A stretch of 63,815 bases of DNA, the filler included, from Octopus bimaculoides (lineage: Eukaryota), in the NCBI RefSeq assembly GCF_001194135.2. It is 5 parts of 5 records of this genome, joined end to end, with 100 filler letters (N's around TTAATTAATTAA, not from the genome) between each part and the next. Parts side by side here need not be neighbours in the genome. Positions count along the whole stretch, not along the records: positions 19,073 to 27,151 come from NC_068992.1; positions 27,252 to 30,698 come from NC_069000.1; positions 30,799 to 61,366 come from NC_069002.1; 2 more parts are not named here. One strand, 5' to 3'. How positions within the stretch are numbered: position 1 is the stretch's first letter; each line of letters opens with the position of its first letter. The notes beneath the pieces were generated by a model that saw only the letters and a program-made list of their open reading frames with translations, was not told where the DNA came from and did no database searches. The position numbers and the translations under genes are program-made. This document shows positions 25,615 through 38,229 of the stretch, in pieces.

Positions 25615-26080
25615 GAAAACACACAAAAACATATATATATATATGCATGCTTATATACACACGCATACTTGCCGACACAGATACGTACATACATACGTAC
25701 ATACATACGTACATACATACGTACATACATACATACATATATACACAGAAACATACATATACTAAGCATTATACCATTGACACACAACACTGGAAAGCCA
25801 GCATATACGTTCACACTGATGCATAAACAACAACGTCATTCTCTGTTTATTCAAAACATTTGTGTTTGTGTTAAAAAGTTGTTTAATTCAATCAAGACAG
25901 CCGCCATTTTTCTCCTTAACTTAAAACAATTTGACAAAACTAGTTACAACGAGCTTTTTATTTCTAGCTATCGTACTTCATGTATACGCGTTTATTTGAA
26001 TAGGTACGTGCTTACATAAACACATACATATTATTTGTAAATACATATAAACACATACGTACATAATGTATACAAGAATC

Positions 26081-26146
<66 letters not shown>

Positions 26147-26473
26147 GTATGTAACTATGGAGATATGTGAGTATATATATGTATATGTGTGTGTGTATAT
26201 ATATATGCATTTATATATATATGTGTATGTATATATACATATATATGTATATATACGTATATTTATATAAATATATGTGTATGTATATTTATACATATGT
26301 ATATATAGTTATATTTACATATATATGTGTATATACATGTATATTAACCTATATATACATAGATGTATATATATATATAGACGTTTATCTATATACATAC
26401 ATATATATGTATACATACATGCATATGTATATATAGTTATATTTACATATATATGTNNNNNNNNNNNNNNNNN

Positions 26474-26504
<31 letters not shown>

Positions 26505-27114
26505 ATATAACCTCATAAAAACGATAAAAGTGCTCAATACATCATTTTGTGGTGTTCACATAAATACTCACAAATCACACATACGTCTATAAAAACATGT
26601 ACGTATACACATAGAACCAGACGCACATACACATACGCACAAATATATGTAAGTATATACATATATAAGTATCCATATGTGTGTGCGTGTGTGTGTTGTC
26701 TGAGTGCGTATGTATATTAACACGCCCTTATCGCAGATCCTACAACGTTTCGAACAGAAGTGTGTATTGTCTCCTCTCGATTTGGTTTTGCCAGAATGTA
26801 CTCGGAAGTACACACACACACACACGCACACACACACACACAGATACACACACACACATACGAACATGCACGCACGCGCACACACATAGAAGCACATAAA
26901 CGTACACACAAACATATGCGGATAGATGTAGGTATATGCGCATACGTGAATCCATGACTAATTTTTCATGCATTGAAGTATATATGTATGTGTCTGTATA
27001 TGCATGTATACATACATCAAAGCATTCATACACACACATACATATGCGTGCAAATCTATAGAGATACTTAGATGTATACACAGATATATGTACGTGCATA
27101 CACTCATAGACAAA

Positions 27115-27151
<37 letters not shown>

Positions 27152-27346
27152 NNNNNNNNNNNNNNNNNNNNNNNNNNNNNNNNNNNNNNNNNNNNTTAAT
27201 TAATTAANNNNNNNNNNNNNNNNNNNNNNNNNNNNNNNNNNNNNNNNNNNNATATATATATATATATATACACACATATATATATATATTATATGTATGT
27301 GTGTATGTATATATATATATATACATGTATATATGTATATATATAT

Positions 27347-27388
<42 letters not shown>

Positions 27389-27873
27389 TATATGTAAATA
27401 TATATACATACATGTATACAATATATATATATGTATATACTGGGCTTTGTTCGTTTATTTGGCTTTGCTTTTAGAATTTGTGTGTATGCGCGCACATGTG
27501 AGTGTGTGTGTGTATGTGTGTGTGTGTGAATATGTTTTGTTTCTGCTTAATTAATCTGAGATTAACTTTCATTTCCAACCGCCTTATCCCTATACCTCAC
27601 CCCGTTATACGTTCTACCATGGGATATTAATGGTAATCATACACCATATTGGAATATGGTCTTCAGAATAAACAAAGAATTGCAGTGGAAGCTAAATAAA
27701 GAAATCACTCTACCCTTCTCAGAGCTGGTTCTGACCCCAAACCAGTAAACGTAGACAAATCCAACATGGCCGCCGAAGATTGCGACATGTCTCGTAATTA
27801 TTTAGATTATTAATGCCATGGGAATAATCAACGTGTGTCCTTGAATGTGGTATCAATGTATACATGAAATAAC

Positions 27874-27944
27874 AGGCATATGGCGTAGTGGCTAAGAGCG
27901 CGGGCTACTGACCCCAAGATTCCGAGTTCGATTCCAGGCAGTGA

Positions 27945-27998
<54 letters not shown>

Positions 27999-28130
27999 CA
28001 TTGAGAAATATCTTAGGAACGAGAACTCAGGTTCGAAATTTCCCCAAGACACCTGATGAAGGCTGGAGGGTATATCAGCTGAAACGTTGTGTCAACGACA
28101 AACAAGATGAGGACAAATATCCGTCAAAAA
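27874..28130 (+). mobile_element. tRNA-headed SINE-like element: Pol III head, (AAT)n, hammerhead-containing tail
   Basis: A box TGGCGTAGTGG at 27881-27891, B box GTTCGATTC at 27926-27934, (AAT)n at about 27949-27995, hammerhead motif at 28048-28093. Confidence 0.75.
28048..28093 (+). ncRNA. Minimal type I hammerhead ribozyme motif
   Basis: GACAC-CUGAUGA-A-GGCUG(10-nt loop)CAGCU-GAAA-CG-UU-GUGUC: 5-bp stem I, 5-bp stem II, palindromic AACGUU in place of stem III. Confidence 0.75.
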
Positions 28131-28294
28131 GTATCATGGAGTACTGCGGTAAACAAAGGATTTGCAGATCAATATTAGTGCGAGAGCACTTATTGTTTAA
28201 CTCAGCATCAAACATTTGAGCTGCGGTTTAGTGACTTACTTCTGCTGTCTGAGCTGAGTTTAACAATGGTGTTGAAAACATTTGAGCTTTAATT

Positions 28295-28530
28295 TCAATG
28301 AAGTTCAAAAGTAGAATCGTCTGACTTCAAAGAAGAATTGTCTGACTTCAATGCACTTGTTATAGCGTTCCAATCACTTCGTGAACGTCCCATGGAAGTC
28401 CTCCAAAGAGAAAGTGCCCCGGACTCTTTTTAAAACCCCCTTCATCCCCTTCAGCTCGTGGAAACAACCATAAATCATAGGGAACAAGGGCTGGACTGTA
28501 GGAAGTGGGTGAGTGACAGTTTTAATGCCT
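28295..28530 (-). mobile_element. Mariner transposase C-terminal relic
   Basis: SLEDFHGTFTK*LERYNKCIEV...RFYFE. Confidence 0.75.
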
Positions 28531-28866
28531 ATTTCTGACAAGTAGTTGATTACCAGAATACTCGTCCCTGAGCAGCCCAAGAACAAACGTTGCACAAATT
28601 TTGTTCTTGTTCAGATCTTCATGAATAATTCTGTTTAATGTTGTAACACCAACTCGAAACTGTAAGATTATTATCTTTATAGACACACGATGGTCTTCAT
28701 CAAGAAAATTGCTAAATATTTTAAACGATTTGAGCCAAATATTTCAAATATATCTCAACCGTTTGAGTTTTGTATTTCTGAGTTGATTTCTAACCATTTT
28801 CTTAATTATTTCAAATATTTGTGCAATATTTTACTACGTAAATTCAACTATTTGAATTGTGACTGA

Positions 28867-28915
<49 letters not shown>

Positions 28916-29667
28916 AACATATATATATAAACTCTGCTGTAGTTATTTCTACATAAATATATTTCTAAGTGTGTGTGTTTGTATGCATGTTTGTATGTAT
29001 GTATGTATGTATGTATGTATGTATGTATGTATATNNNNNNNNNNNNNNNNNNNNNNNNNNNNNNNNNNNNNNNNNNNNNNNNNNNNNNNNNNNNNNNNNT
29101 ATATATATATCCAGACGTACACACACACACACGCATACAATCCTATATACATACATGCATGGATACGTGTATGCGTTCATGCATATATATACATATACAC
29201 ACAAGTTAATGTATGCCAGGTTTGTTATGCTTTAACTTCTACAAATAAATAAAAGCTGGTTCCTAACTAGGAAATTGGGAGTCTTTATTGAAATTTAAAT
29301 AATAAACATTGTAGAGACACATGTTAAACACCGTCGATCTGGTGTTTGTGTGTGTGTGTGTGTGTTTGGTTTAAAATTTGTATATATGGACATGTATGTT
29401 TATTTGGGTGTAAAATTCAACAGCTGGCAAAACTAAGGTATTGAAAGAAGAAAGGAGGGGATTGGAGCAAAAGTGAATTCAAGAATTTCGAAGCGATTTA
29501 AATTCACATATAAAAATGTGTGTGTGTGTCTATAGACAACTGATAGATTTCTGTGATGTGGTGTATATACAGCTGACCAGTCATGTCAGTGAATGTGGTA
29601 GAAACTGTGGTGAATCACGTAACACAGATGCTCAAGTATTTGAGTTGATTAGCTGTATAAATATGCG

Positions 29668-29739
<72 letters not shown>

Positions 29740-29740
<1 letters not shown>

Positions 29741-29950
29741 GGGAGAATGTACAAATAATAACAACAGACGAGGACAGGTGGTGTAAATAACAAAAGTATA
29801 TATTAGTATGACGCTCGGGAATACGGAAAGTCTTTGACGTTTCGAGCTACGCTCTTCAACAGAAAGAATACGGAGACAAGGAGAAAAACACGGAGAAAAA
29901 AAATTGAATGGTGTTCAATCAACGGTCAATCATAATAATGGCCGATCATA
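29740..29950 (-). mobile_element. Non-coding repeat with hammerhead-variant motif (29831-29867), ending at (TA)n; Penelope-type terminus
   Basis: Minus strand UCUUU-CUGUUGA-A-GAGC(GUA)GCUC-GAAA-CG-UC-AAAGA; homologous to 44430-44691. Confidence 0.7.
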
Positions 29951-29991
29951 CACACAAATACACACGTATATGTGTATATACATAAATATAT

Positions 29992-30150
29992 CAAGGTGCA
30001 TTCCAGAAGTTTTGAGAGTTTTTCAGTAGAGGCATTTATTCATTTCGAAGTAAAAAACGTTTATCAGCGTCAAAGTAGAATCGTCAGAAATCGGTGCACT
30101 TCTTGTAGAGTTGTAGCCACTTCGCGACGGTTCCATGGGAATCCTCCAAT
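29992..30150 (-). mobile_element. Mariner 3' end relic, related to 28295-28530
   Basis: aaagtagaatcgtc...tgcactt...ccatgg shared with 28308-28395; caaggtgcattcc TIR-like end next to a TA-rich tract. Confidence 0.6.
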
Positions 30151-30204
30151 TTATGCATGTATATATATATATATATATATATATACAATATATATATGTA
30201 TATA

Positions 30205-30250
<46 letters not shown>

Positions 30251-30898
30251 ATAATATTTATTATTTATTATTTCATTGAATGCGATGCATCCATTTCCAA
30301 GTTTATATATATATATATATATATATACTTGCATACATAGATATATACATACATATATACATAGCGCCAATATTCACAAATGCACACTAATACCAACATA
30401 TAAACAAGCACGTACACACACATACACAAACACACATACACAAACACACACACAAAAACACACACACACATACCCAAACACAAAACACACACACACACAC
30501 ACATACACACACAGTATGGCAGGGAACAGAAATGGAAATCTTTGTGAATGACGACAAGCTACGGTTCGGGTTCGGGCCGGGGTTAAGGGTGTACGTGGGT
30601 GGTAGAGGCAGCGGTTAGGGGGAGGGGGAGTGCGTGGGCGGTGTGGTGGTAAAAGGGTGAGTTGGAGGGGGCGGGGGATTGAGCAAGCAAGACAAATTNN
30701 NNNNNNNNNNNNNNNNNNNNNNNNNNNNNNNNNNNNNNNNNNTTAATTAATTAANNNNNNNNNNNNNNNNNNNNNNNNNNNNNNNNNNNNNNNNNNNNTC
30801 CGGCGTGCGGACGCAGCTAGTAACACATATATAAATATGTATGCGTGTACGAATAATAAACAAATGCACAATTATAGTTACACAGGCAAATAATCATG

Positions 30899-30957
<59 letters not shown>

Positions 30958-31346
30958 ATAGATAGATTAGCTACAAATGGTGTGAGAGAAGGAAGGTAAG
31001 AAAGAATGAGGGAGCTAGAATGAGAGAGAGTCACACAGAAAGATTGAGAGAGAGAGAGAGAGAGAGAGGAGAGATGTAGAAATTGACCTGTGCATGAACT
31101 TGATGTTATGTACGTATGACAGGCGTATGATGTGTGTATGTGGTGTACGTGTAATATATATGATTGTATGTGAGGAATACATCATGTTTAACTATGTGAA
31201 GTATGTATGATGCGTAATGTGTGTGAGGTTGTGTTCAAACTAGCGGTGCTGAACAGAAACTCTGACAACGGAAAGACCTGAAGCGCAAAATGAAAGCCGT
31301 GAGTAATGGATAATCCAATGGACGTAAGCAATATTGTCAGAGAGAG

Positions 31347-31381
<35 letters not shown>

Positions 31382-31534
31382 TGTGTATGTTTCAGAGAGA
31401 GGGAGAGAAAGAGAGAGAAACACATAGAGATTTAGAGGGAGGTGGGAGAGCAAAGATACAAAATGGAATTATCAGACATATTGTCTCTACATACTGTGAC
31501 ATACATCTCACACGGAAACACAGACATGCACACT

Positions 31535-31645
<111 letters not shown>

Positions 31646-31745
31646 ACACATGTACGCATATATAGTTATATATATGCATGTATTAATGTATATGCACATA
31701 TAAGTATGTGTATACACACACATATATATATATATATATACATAC

Positions 31746-31777
<32 letters not shown>

Positions 31778-31786
31778 CGAGAGAGA

Positions 31787-31823
<37 letters not shown>

Positions 31824-32124
31824 GGGGAGAGATCTTAATATTTAATATTTAGCTTAGGCATTCCGATATTAATAATCTGGTATTAGAACTCCTTATACAT
31901 TCGCTTCAGAACAAAGTGTCCAATGGGTTTAAGGCAGTAATAAGAAATTTGGGATGACAAAGGAATAAACAATTATCTTATGAACTTCATTAGCTTACAG
32001 CTGTTTCTGCTGTAGATGCAATGCACTCATAGTTGAGTGCTTGTGTATCACCCTTTAGCTTCATCGGAGCAGATAGATACATGCATACACATACACAGAC
32101 ACACACAGACACACACACAGACAC

Positions 32125-32157
<33 letters not shown>

Positions 32158-32164
32158 TGTAGAT

Positions 32165-32330
32165 ACGGTTGTGTGGTTACGAAGCTAACTTTCTAATCAC
32201 GTAGTTTCGAGTTCAGCTCCACTTCGCGGCACTTTGGGCATATGTTTTCTACAATAGCCCTAGTCTGATTAATGCTTTATGAGTGAATTTCGAAAACGGA
32301 AACTGTGTGGAAGCCCGCTATATGTATGCT
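32165..32330 (+). mobile_element. SINE family A, decayed 5' half
   Basis: ggttgtgtggttacgaagc...cggaaactgtgtggaagcccg. Confidence 0.75.
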
Positions 32331-32346
32331 TGTGGATGAAGTGGGG

Positions 32347-32398
<52 letters not shown>

Positions 32399-32950
32399 AG
32401 CTTATCCTGAACAACCGCCCGACACCCGGAAACTGACGAAGATTGATTTGCTTATAGACATATGCGTACGCGCGTTTGTAACTATATATATACATGAATA
32501 CATACGTCTATACTTGCGTACATATACTATATATATATATATATATATATATAAATATATATATCCATAAACACACACATACATTAGTCACCCACATATA
32601 CATTTATTGACATTAGATATTAGATTAGATACAACTTTGACGACGAGCTATTTAACATCACCAGATTCCCCTCTCCTCGACTCACCAACAGGCAAAGCAT
32701 CTCAAGGCTTCAAATGAACGCAGGTGGCAATTCTAATCTCTGTCGCAACACATCATGAACTTCAGAAATCATCCACCAACCTTAGAATATATGATCGCCT
32801 TGACTTTAAGCTCAATATCAAGAGGATTAACATCTACACTTAACTTGTTCCGAACACTAATCTCCTTCGTTTTATTATCGCCGTTTCTGATTCTTCTCTC
32901 AAGCAAGTTGAACATTTTCTTTATCTTGGATGTCTTTATTTCCAATAATG

Positions 32951-32986
<36 letters not shown>

Positions 32987-33069
32987 TAGGCGTCACGTCT
33001 AGAATGTAGGACTTAGGCGATCGTGTCCAGACACAATTCTTTGTTCTTTGTTTTCCATAACAGTTCCAC

Positions 33070-33540
33070 TTCCTGATATTCAATGCCTCTCTCTTCCAAC
33101 CAGTTCAAGAAGTTTCGCATCCATCCGTCTCCTTCTTCTACGTCTTTTCCCTTCAGTCTTTCCAGTCATCGCTAAATTATCCAGGTCCTCTTTCCTCATC
33201 ACATGACCAAGAAATCTCAGTTGTTTGACCCTTATCTTACGAAGCAGTTTCCAATTTACTACAGTCCAGGTCATGGCTTCTTCATTAGACACTTTGTCCG
33301 TGCAATCCTCCATATTCTTAAGAACTACACTTCCAGGCTCTCCAAGCACATTCTCATTTCTGATGTTATAGACCACACCTCACTTCCATACCTTAATACA
33401 TAATAGATATAGTTGTTGAATTTAAGGATCTTGGTCTCGATCCTCGGAGTACGGCTTCTCAAGTTGTTATACAATCTTCAGAATGCAGAACGCAGAAATG
33501 TCCGACTGAAATAGATGTGGAATGTAGAATTGGATCTGCC
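33070..33540 (-). mobile_element. RTE-type LINE 3' fragment
   Basis: DKVSNEEAM, IRVKQLRFLGHVMRKEDLDNLAMTGKTEGKRRR. Confidence 0.85.
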
Positions 33541-33614
33541 CATTGAGCCAACAGACAAAACGATTGCTTTTCTTTTTCTTTTTTCTTTCTTACTATTGCT
33601 ACAAGGATTGAAAT

Positions 33615-33788
33615 TTCTTAAAGGCCTCGTCGATTACAACGACCCCCAGAGTTCATCTGGTACTTATTTCATCGCTACCGAAAGGATGAAAAATAAAGTC
33701 GACCGTAATTTGAACTCAGGACCTAAAACTGAAGGAAATGTCGCTAAGTATTTTGTCTGACGAGCTATCGCCTCAGTCAGCTCACCAC
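33615..33788 (-). mobile_element. SINE family B, decayed
   Basis: gtcgattacaacgaccccc...ggtacttatttcatcg...aaagtcgacc...tttgaactcag. Confidence 0.8.
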
Positions 33789-34141
33789 CTTTAATAATGA
33801 TAATTAAGAAAGATCCAACTCCGAGATAGAAACTAACGGTATACCAAGCTGTCGTCATCTGAACACTATTATTATATAATAGTGAAACATGGCCACTTTG
33901 TCGTCGAGACATTGAAAATTTAGAGCGTTATCATCATCAAATACTCCACGCCATTTTAAACGTCTATAAGAGCAACTACATAACCAGCAATGCTGTCTTA
34001 GAAAAAGCTATTAGTCGAAGTATAGATCCCCCCCATCATGAAACACGAAGTAAATTGTTAAGGACATGTAGTTAGAATAAAAGAGATAGATTTCTTAGTA
34101 GAATTTTCTTCAGTTGGTTAACAGCAGGGAAATCATGTCTG

Positions 34142-34364
34142 TAAATTTTGCCGTAGACATTATTGCCGTAGGAAAATTCGTCTTAAAAAAAATACCCACC
34201 CCACCAATAAAAAATTAGCTGTTTTCTTGGAATGGTACTTTTTCAATAAACCTACCAGTTAGAGAAACGTAATTTCTTTAAAATGAATTATCTAGTTCAT
34301 GATTTGCTTGTGTGCCTCCTTTATGGTGAAATTTCCTAAGGCAAAAATGCTTTCAGCGAAATTT
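34142..34364. mobile_element. Decayed MITE-like element with about 36-bp imperfect inverted ends
   Basis: aaattttgccgtagacattattgccgtaggaaaatt vs the reverse complement of aaatttcctaaggcaaaaatgctttcagcgaaattt. Confidence 0.45.
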
Positions 34365-34539
34365 CTTATAACCGGGAAAAATGCCATAAGGATATATTCT
34401 TTACTGGTACAAAAACCATCTCAAGTCAACGCTGAAAAGGGGCCGGAATTAAGGGGAAATGTGGGAAACTGAAACTCAAACTGATTCAACTTTTTTCACT
34501 CAATTATTACCGGAACCGACTGATTTGACGTAAATAGAA

Positions 34540-34740
34540 GAAGAAAAGTTGCAGGAAAACGTTAAGGAGTGCAAGATGCAACAATAACAATTACAACAAC
34601 AAAGACAGAAGCGACGAAAGCAACAAGAACGACAACAACAATCGCAACAAGCATACCCTGCACCAACTGTTTCTTGCCATCTTTGTTTCCACGTGTTTCG
34701 TGTGAGGTTTGGCCTTTTCAATCATCAACGGCATCAATAT
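34540..34740 (+). mobile_element. RTE-type LINE extreme C-terminus with C2H2-like finger
   Basis: RQKRRKQ...SCHLCFHVFRVRFGLFNHQRH, with an in-frame stop upstream. Confidence 0.6.
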
Positions 34741-35514
34741 GGAGGAACCATTCAATGAGGAGGAAACTAAAATTCTCGGACACGAAAAATAGCCTTCGCC
34801 GCCGACGCCTCAACCTCCGCCATCGCTGCCGACGTCGCTGATAAAAACGGCGACGAAGAAATTTATTCATTGATTCATTTATCTTTCAGGTCGGGTACTT
34901 ATTGAATTAGCCATTCTATATGTGTGGAATTGAGAAAGACTACCATTTGTCCGGTTGATAATTTTAATGTTCAGATTTTCTATATCTACTACGGTATTTA
35001 ATTTCTATTTTAAGGCTAGAATAAAATGGTCGCCGGTTATTTCCAGCCCTCTCATATACGCCATTTTAAGTGTATATTCATATAAATTCTAAAATAGATG
35101 CAAAACCTAAAATGTGGGAGGTTTTATAAACGATTGCATCAGCACCACTACTTTCCTGATAATGAATTTTATCAAACGAGTTGGCTGAACGGTAAAGTCT
35201 CAAGAAAATTCAACTTTGAAAGTTAAGGCTCGCAACTTAATACGAATAAGCGTTTCGCGCAATCCTTCAAGTGATTCTGTCATTATTTTAATCAGTTCTT
35301 AAATAGTCACCAGGCCGATAAGATGAGTGGTGAGTTTAGACGATGAAGTACGTGACCAGACCAATTGCAGCACATTTTGAACAAGAATTGTTGAAGGGGA
35401 TCCGAGAATGACGTTTATAGTTTGGTATTTGGTATAAAACATAAAGTTTGACCGATACGGAAGAATCAACGATGGCAAAAGGGATCAAATACATCTGGTT
35501 TATGTAAATATGTC

Positions 35515-35888
35515 GTGGAGGCGCAATGGTCCAGTGGTTAGGGCAAGTGGACTCACGGTCATAGGATCGCGGTTTCGATTCCCAGACCGGGCGTTGTGAG
35601 TGTTTATTGAGCGAAAACACCTAAAGCTCCACGAGGCTCCGGCAGGGGATGGTGGTGAACCCTGCTGTACTCTTTCACCACAACTTTCTCTCACTCTTAC
35701 TTCCTGTTTCTGTTGTGCCTGTAATTCAAAGGGTCAGCCTTGTCACACTGTGTCACGCTGAATATCCCCGAGAACCATGTTAAGGGTACACGTGTCTGTG
35801 AAGTACTCGGCCACTTGCACGTTAATTTCACGAGCAGGCTGTTCCGTTGACCGGATCAACTGGAACCCTCGACGGAGTGCCAACAACA
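35515..35888 (+). mobile_element. tRNA-derived SINE, family C, with 13-bp TSD
   Basis: A/B boxes, (CAA)n tail, atgtaaatatgtc at 35502-35514 and 35889-35901; closely similar to 60063-60515. Confidence 0.92.
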
Positions 35889-37861
35889 ATGTAAATATGT
35901 CACACACTTATCGAGTATGCCTTGTTGCAAAAGACCATTCGGTGTCTACATGAATCTTACCAATTTTTGTGTCTACGTAAATCTCAGGCCCTCGAAGATG
36001 GCACAGTGCATCACGTACCTGGCTGATGCGGGCATCTACCTCATCTTTACCCTGAATCGTGAGAGTGACGGTAACGCGAAGCTATTTGAATTGATCGACC
36101 GCAACGAAGATCTGTCTTAACAGACGTGACTATCTTAATATGTTTGACCTTGCCGTGACAAGATAACATACACCAGTGATAGGATCTGTGTTGGGAAGAT
36201 GCAACAATGCCGAATTGGTCCTTCCACAAGTAAGTAAACTAACCACACTTAAACCCCAAGTTCGATCGGGTTAATACTATAACTCCGTTCATTGTCCACT
36301 CAGAGGCAGTTCGGACTTCGAATGACATCCTGGAGCACGGTGACCCTTTCAGAGGCCAAAATGCCTGCAGGTAATGATTGGTGCATCTATGAATGGAGAC
36401 ATTGGAACCAATGAGCGAGCGGTTGGCAAAAAGACCGTGGTTGAATAGATTCACGAACCTACACCTTAATCATCATCATAACCATCATCGTCGTTCTCGT
36501 CATCATCGAATCAACAGGAGGCACCAATTGGTAGTTGTTACGCATACTTCTAGAAATAACAACTAAATATTCCGTATTTATTGAATGTTCCAAAAATACG
36601 ACTAGCTCATTGAATAATTTAGTCCTAAAGAGAATTTGACAGAATAAACTATAGGGTAGTCACGCTTGAAAGGCTTCCACTTACTGGTTCCTTAAATCAA
36701 CTAATCAACAAAAACAATGACAACAAAACACATAAACACACGCAGAGTTAAATAAACGCACACAAACACGCAGTAACGCACGCACAAACAGAGAAAAATA
36801 TGAAAACACATTAAGACAAACACTCACGTACACATACATGCACACATACACACATATATATACACACACATACACACACAGACAGTTCTATCTTCAAGAA
36901 TTTATAGTTGTCATTCCAAGTTGACACTAATTGATTTTTTGGTAAATTTCTTGCAATGTGTGTTGGTCTTTTAGAAAGGGGGGGGGGGGTTAGAAGAGGA
37001 CGGGTAGAGCGAGAAAGAAAAAGATAAAATCTATGAGTAAATAGACATCATATATATATATATNNNNNNNNNNNNNNNNNNNNNNNNNNNNNNNNNNNNN
37101 NNNNNNNNNNNNNNNNNNNNNNNNNNNNNNNNNNNNNNNNNNNNNNNNNNNNNNNNNNNNNNNNNNNNNNNNNNNNNNNNNNNNNNNNNNNNNNNNNNNN
37201 NNNNNNNNNNNNNNNNNNNNNNNNNNNNNNNGGGTAGAAGAGGACGGGTAGAGCGAGAAAGAAAAAGATAAAATCTATGAGTAAATAGACATCATATATA
37301 TATATATATATGTATATATTACACACATACACATACATACATACATACATATATACATACATATATATTTACATATGTGTGTGTGTGTGTGTCTGTGTGT
37401 GTGTATGTATATATACACATATATATACATCACACTCAGAGACAATTATAAATGATATCCTCAAGTTTCCGTTAATGATGGTGATAGTGTAATTATTGTT
37501 TATTATTTTTGTTGCTGTTGTTCCTCTCTCCACCTCCTTCTCCTCCTCTTTCTCCTCTTCTCACTATCTTTCTATCTATCTAGCTATCTGTTTGCCTGAC
37601 TGTCTGTTCGTCTGTCTCCGTCCCATCGCCAGGATGACTGTTTCTTTGGTAGTATTTGTCTGAATGTAAGCTAAACTTCATTGATATATGAATACTCACG
37701 CACGCACACATACATATATACAACCACAAAAACACACATGCACACAAACATACGCGCAGACACACGCATACACGCATATGCATATACAGTTACACACACA
37801 TACATTTTATGTATGTGTGTGTATGTATGTGTGAATATTCGTACATAACGCATGTATATTT

Positions 37862-38050
37862 TTTTATCTCTTACTTATTTCACTCATTAGACTGCAGCCA
37901 TTCTGAGGCGCCGCCTTGAATAGTCGAATGAATCGACCCCAGTATTTCTTTAAGATGTGGTATTTATCCTCTTTTGTCGAACTGCTAAGTTACGGGGACA
38001 CTAACACACCAATACTGGTTATCAAGTGGTGAGAGTGAGGAACTAATACA
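37862..38050 (-). mobile_element. SINE family A, 3' half
   Basis: tttcactcattagactgcagcc...gcgccgcctt...gaactgctaagttacggggac. Confidence 0.8.
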
Positions 38051-38229
38051 GATACACAGATATATATATATATATATANNNNNNNNNNNNNNNNNNNNNN
38101 NNNNNNNNNNNNNNNNNNNNNNNNNNNNNNNNNNNNNNNNNNNNNNNNNNNNNNNNNNNNNNNNNNNNNNNNNNNNNNNNNNNNNNNNNNNNNNNNNNNN
38201 NNNNNNNNNNNNATATGTATGTATATATA

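Noticed and set aside
26720-26812. Minus-strand FRVHSGK...CRICDKG resembling a C2H2 linker
   Set aside because: Linker spacing is wrong, there is no complete finger, and it is embedded in microsatellites without splice support.
27874-27948. tRNA gene calls at SINE heads (also 35517, 60063, 42500)
   Set aside because: A and B boxes are present but no complete acceptor stem is evident, and each continues into a SINE body.
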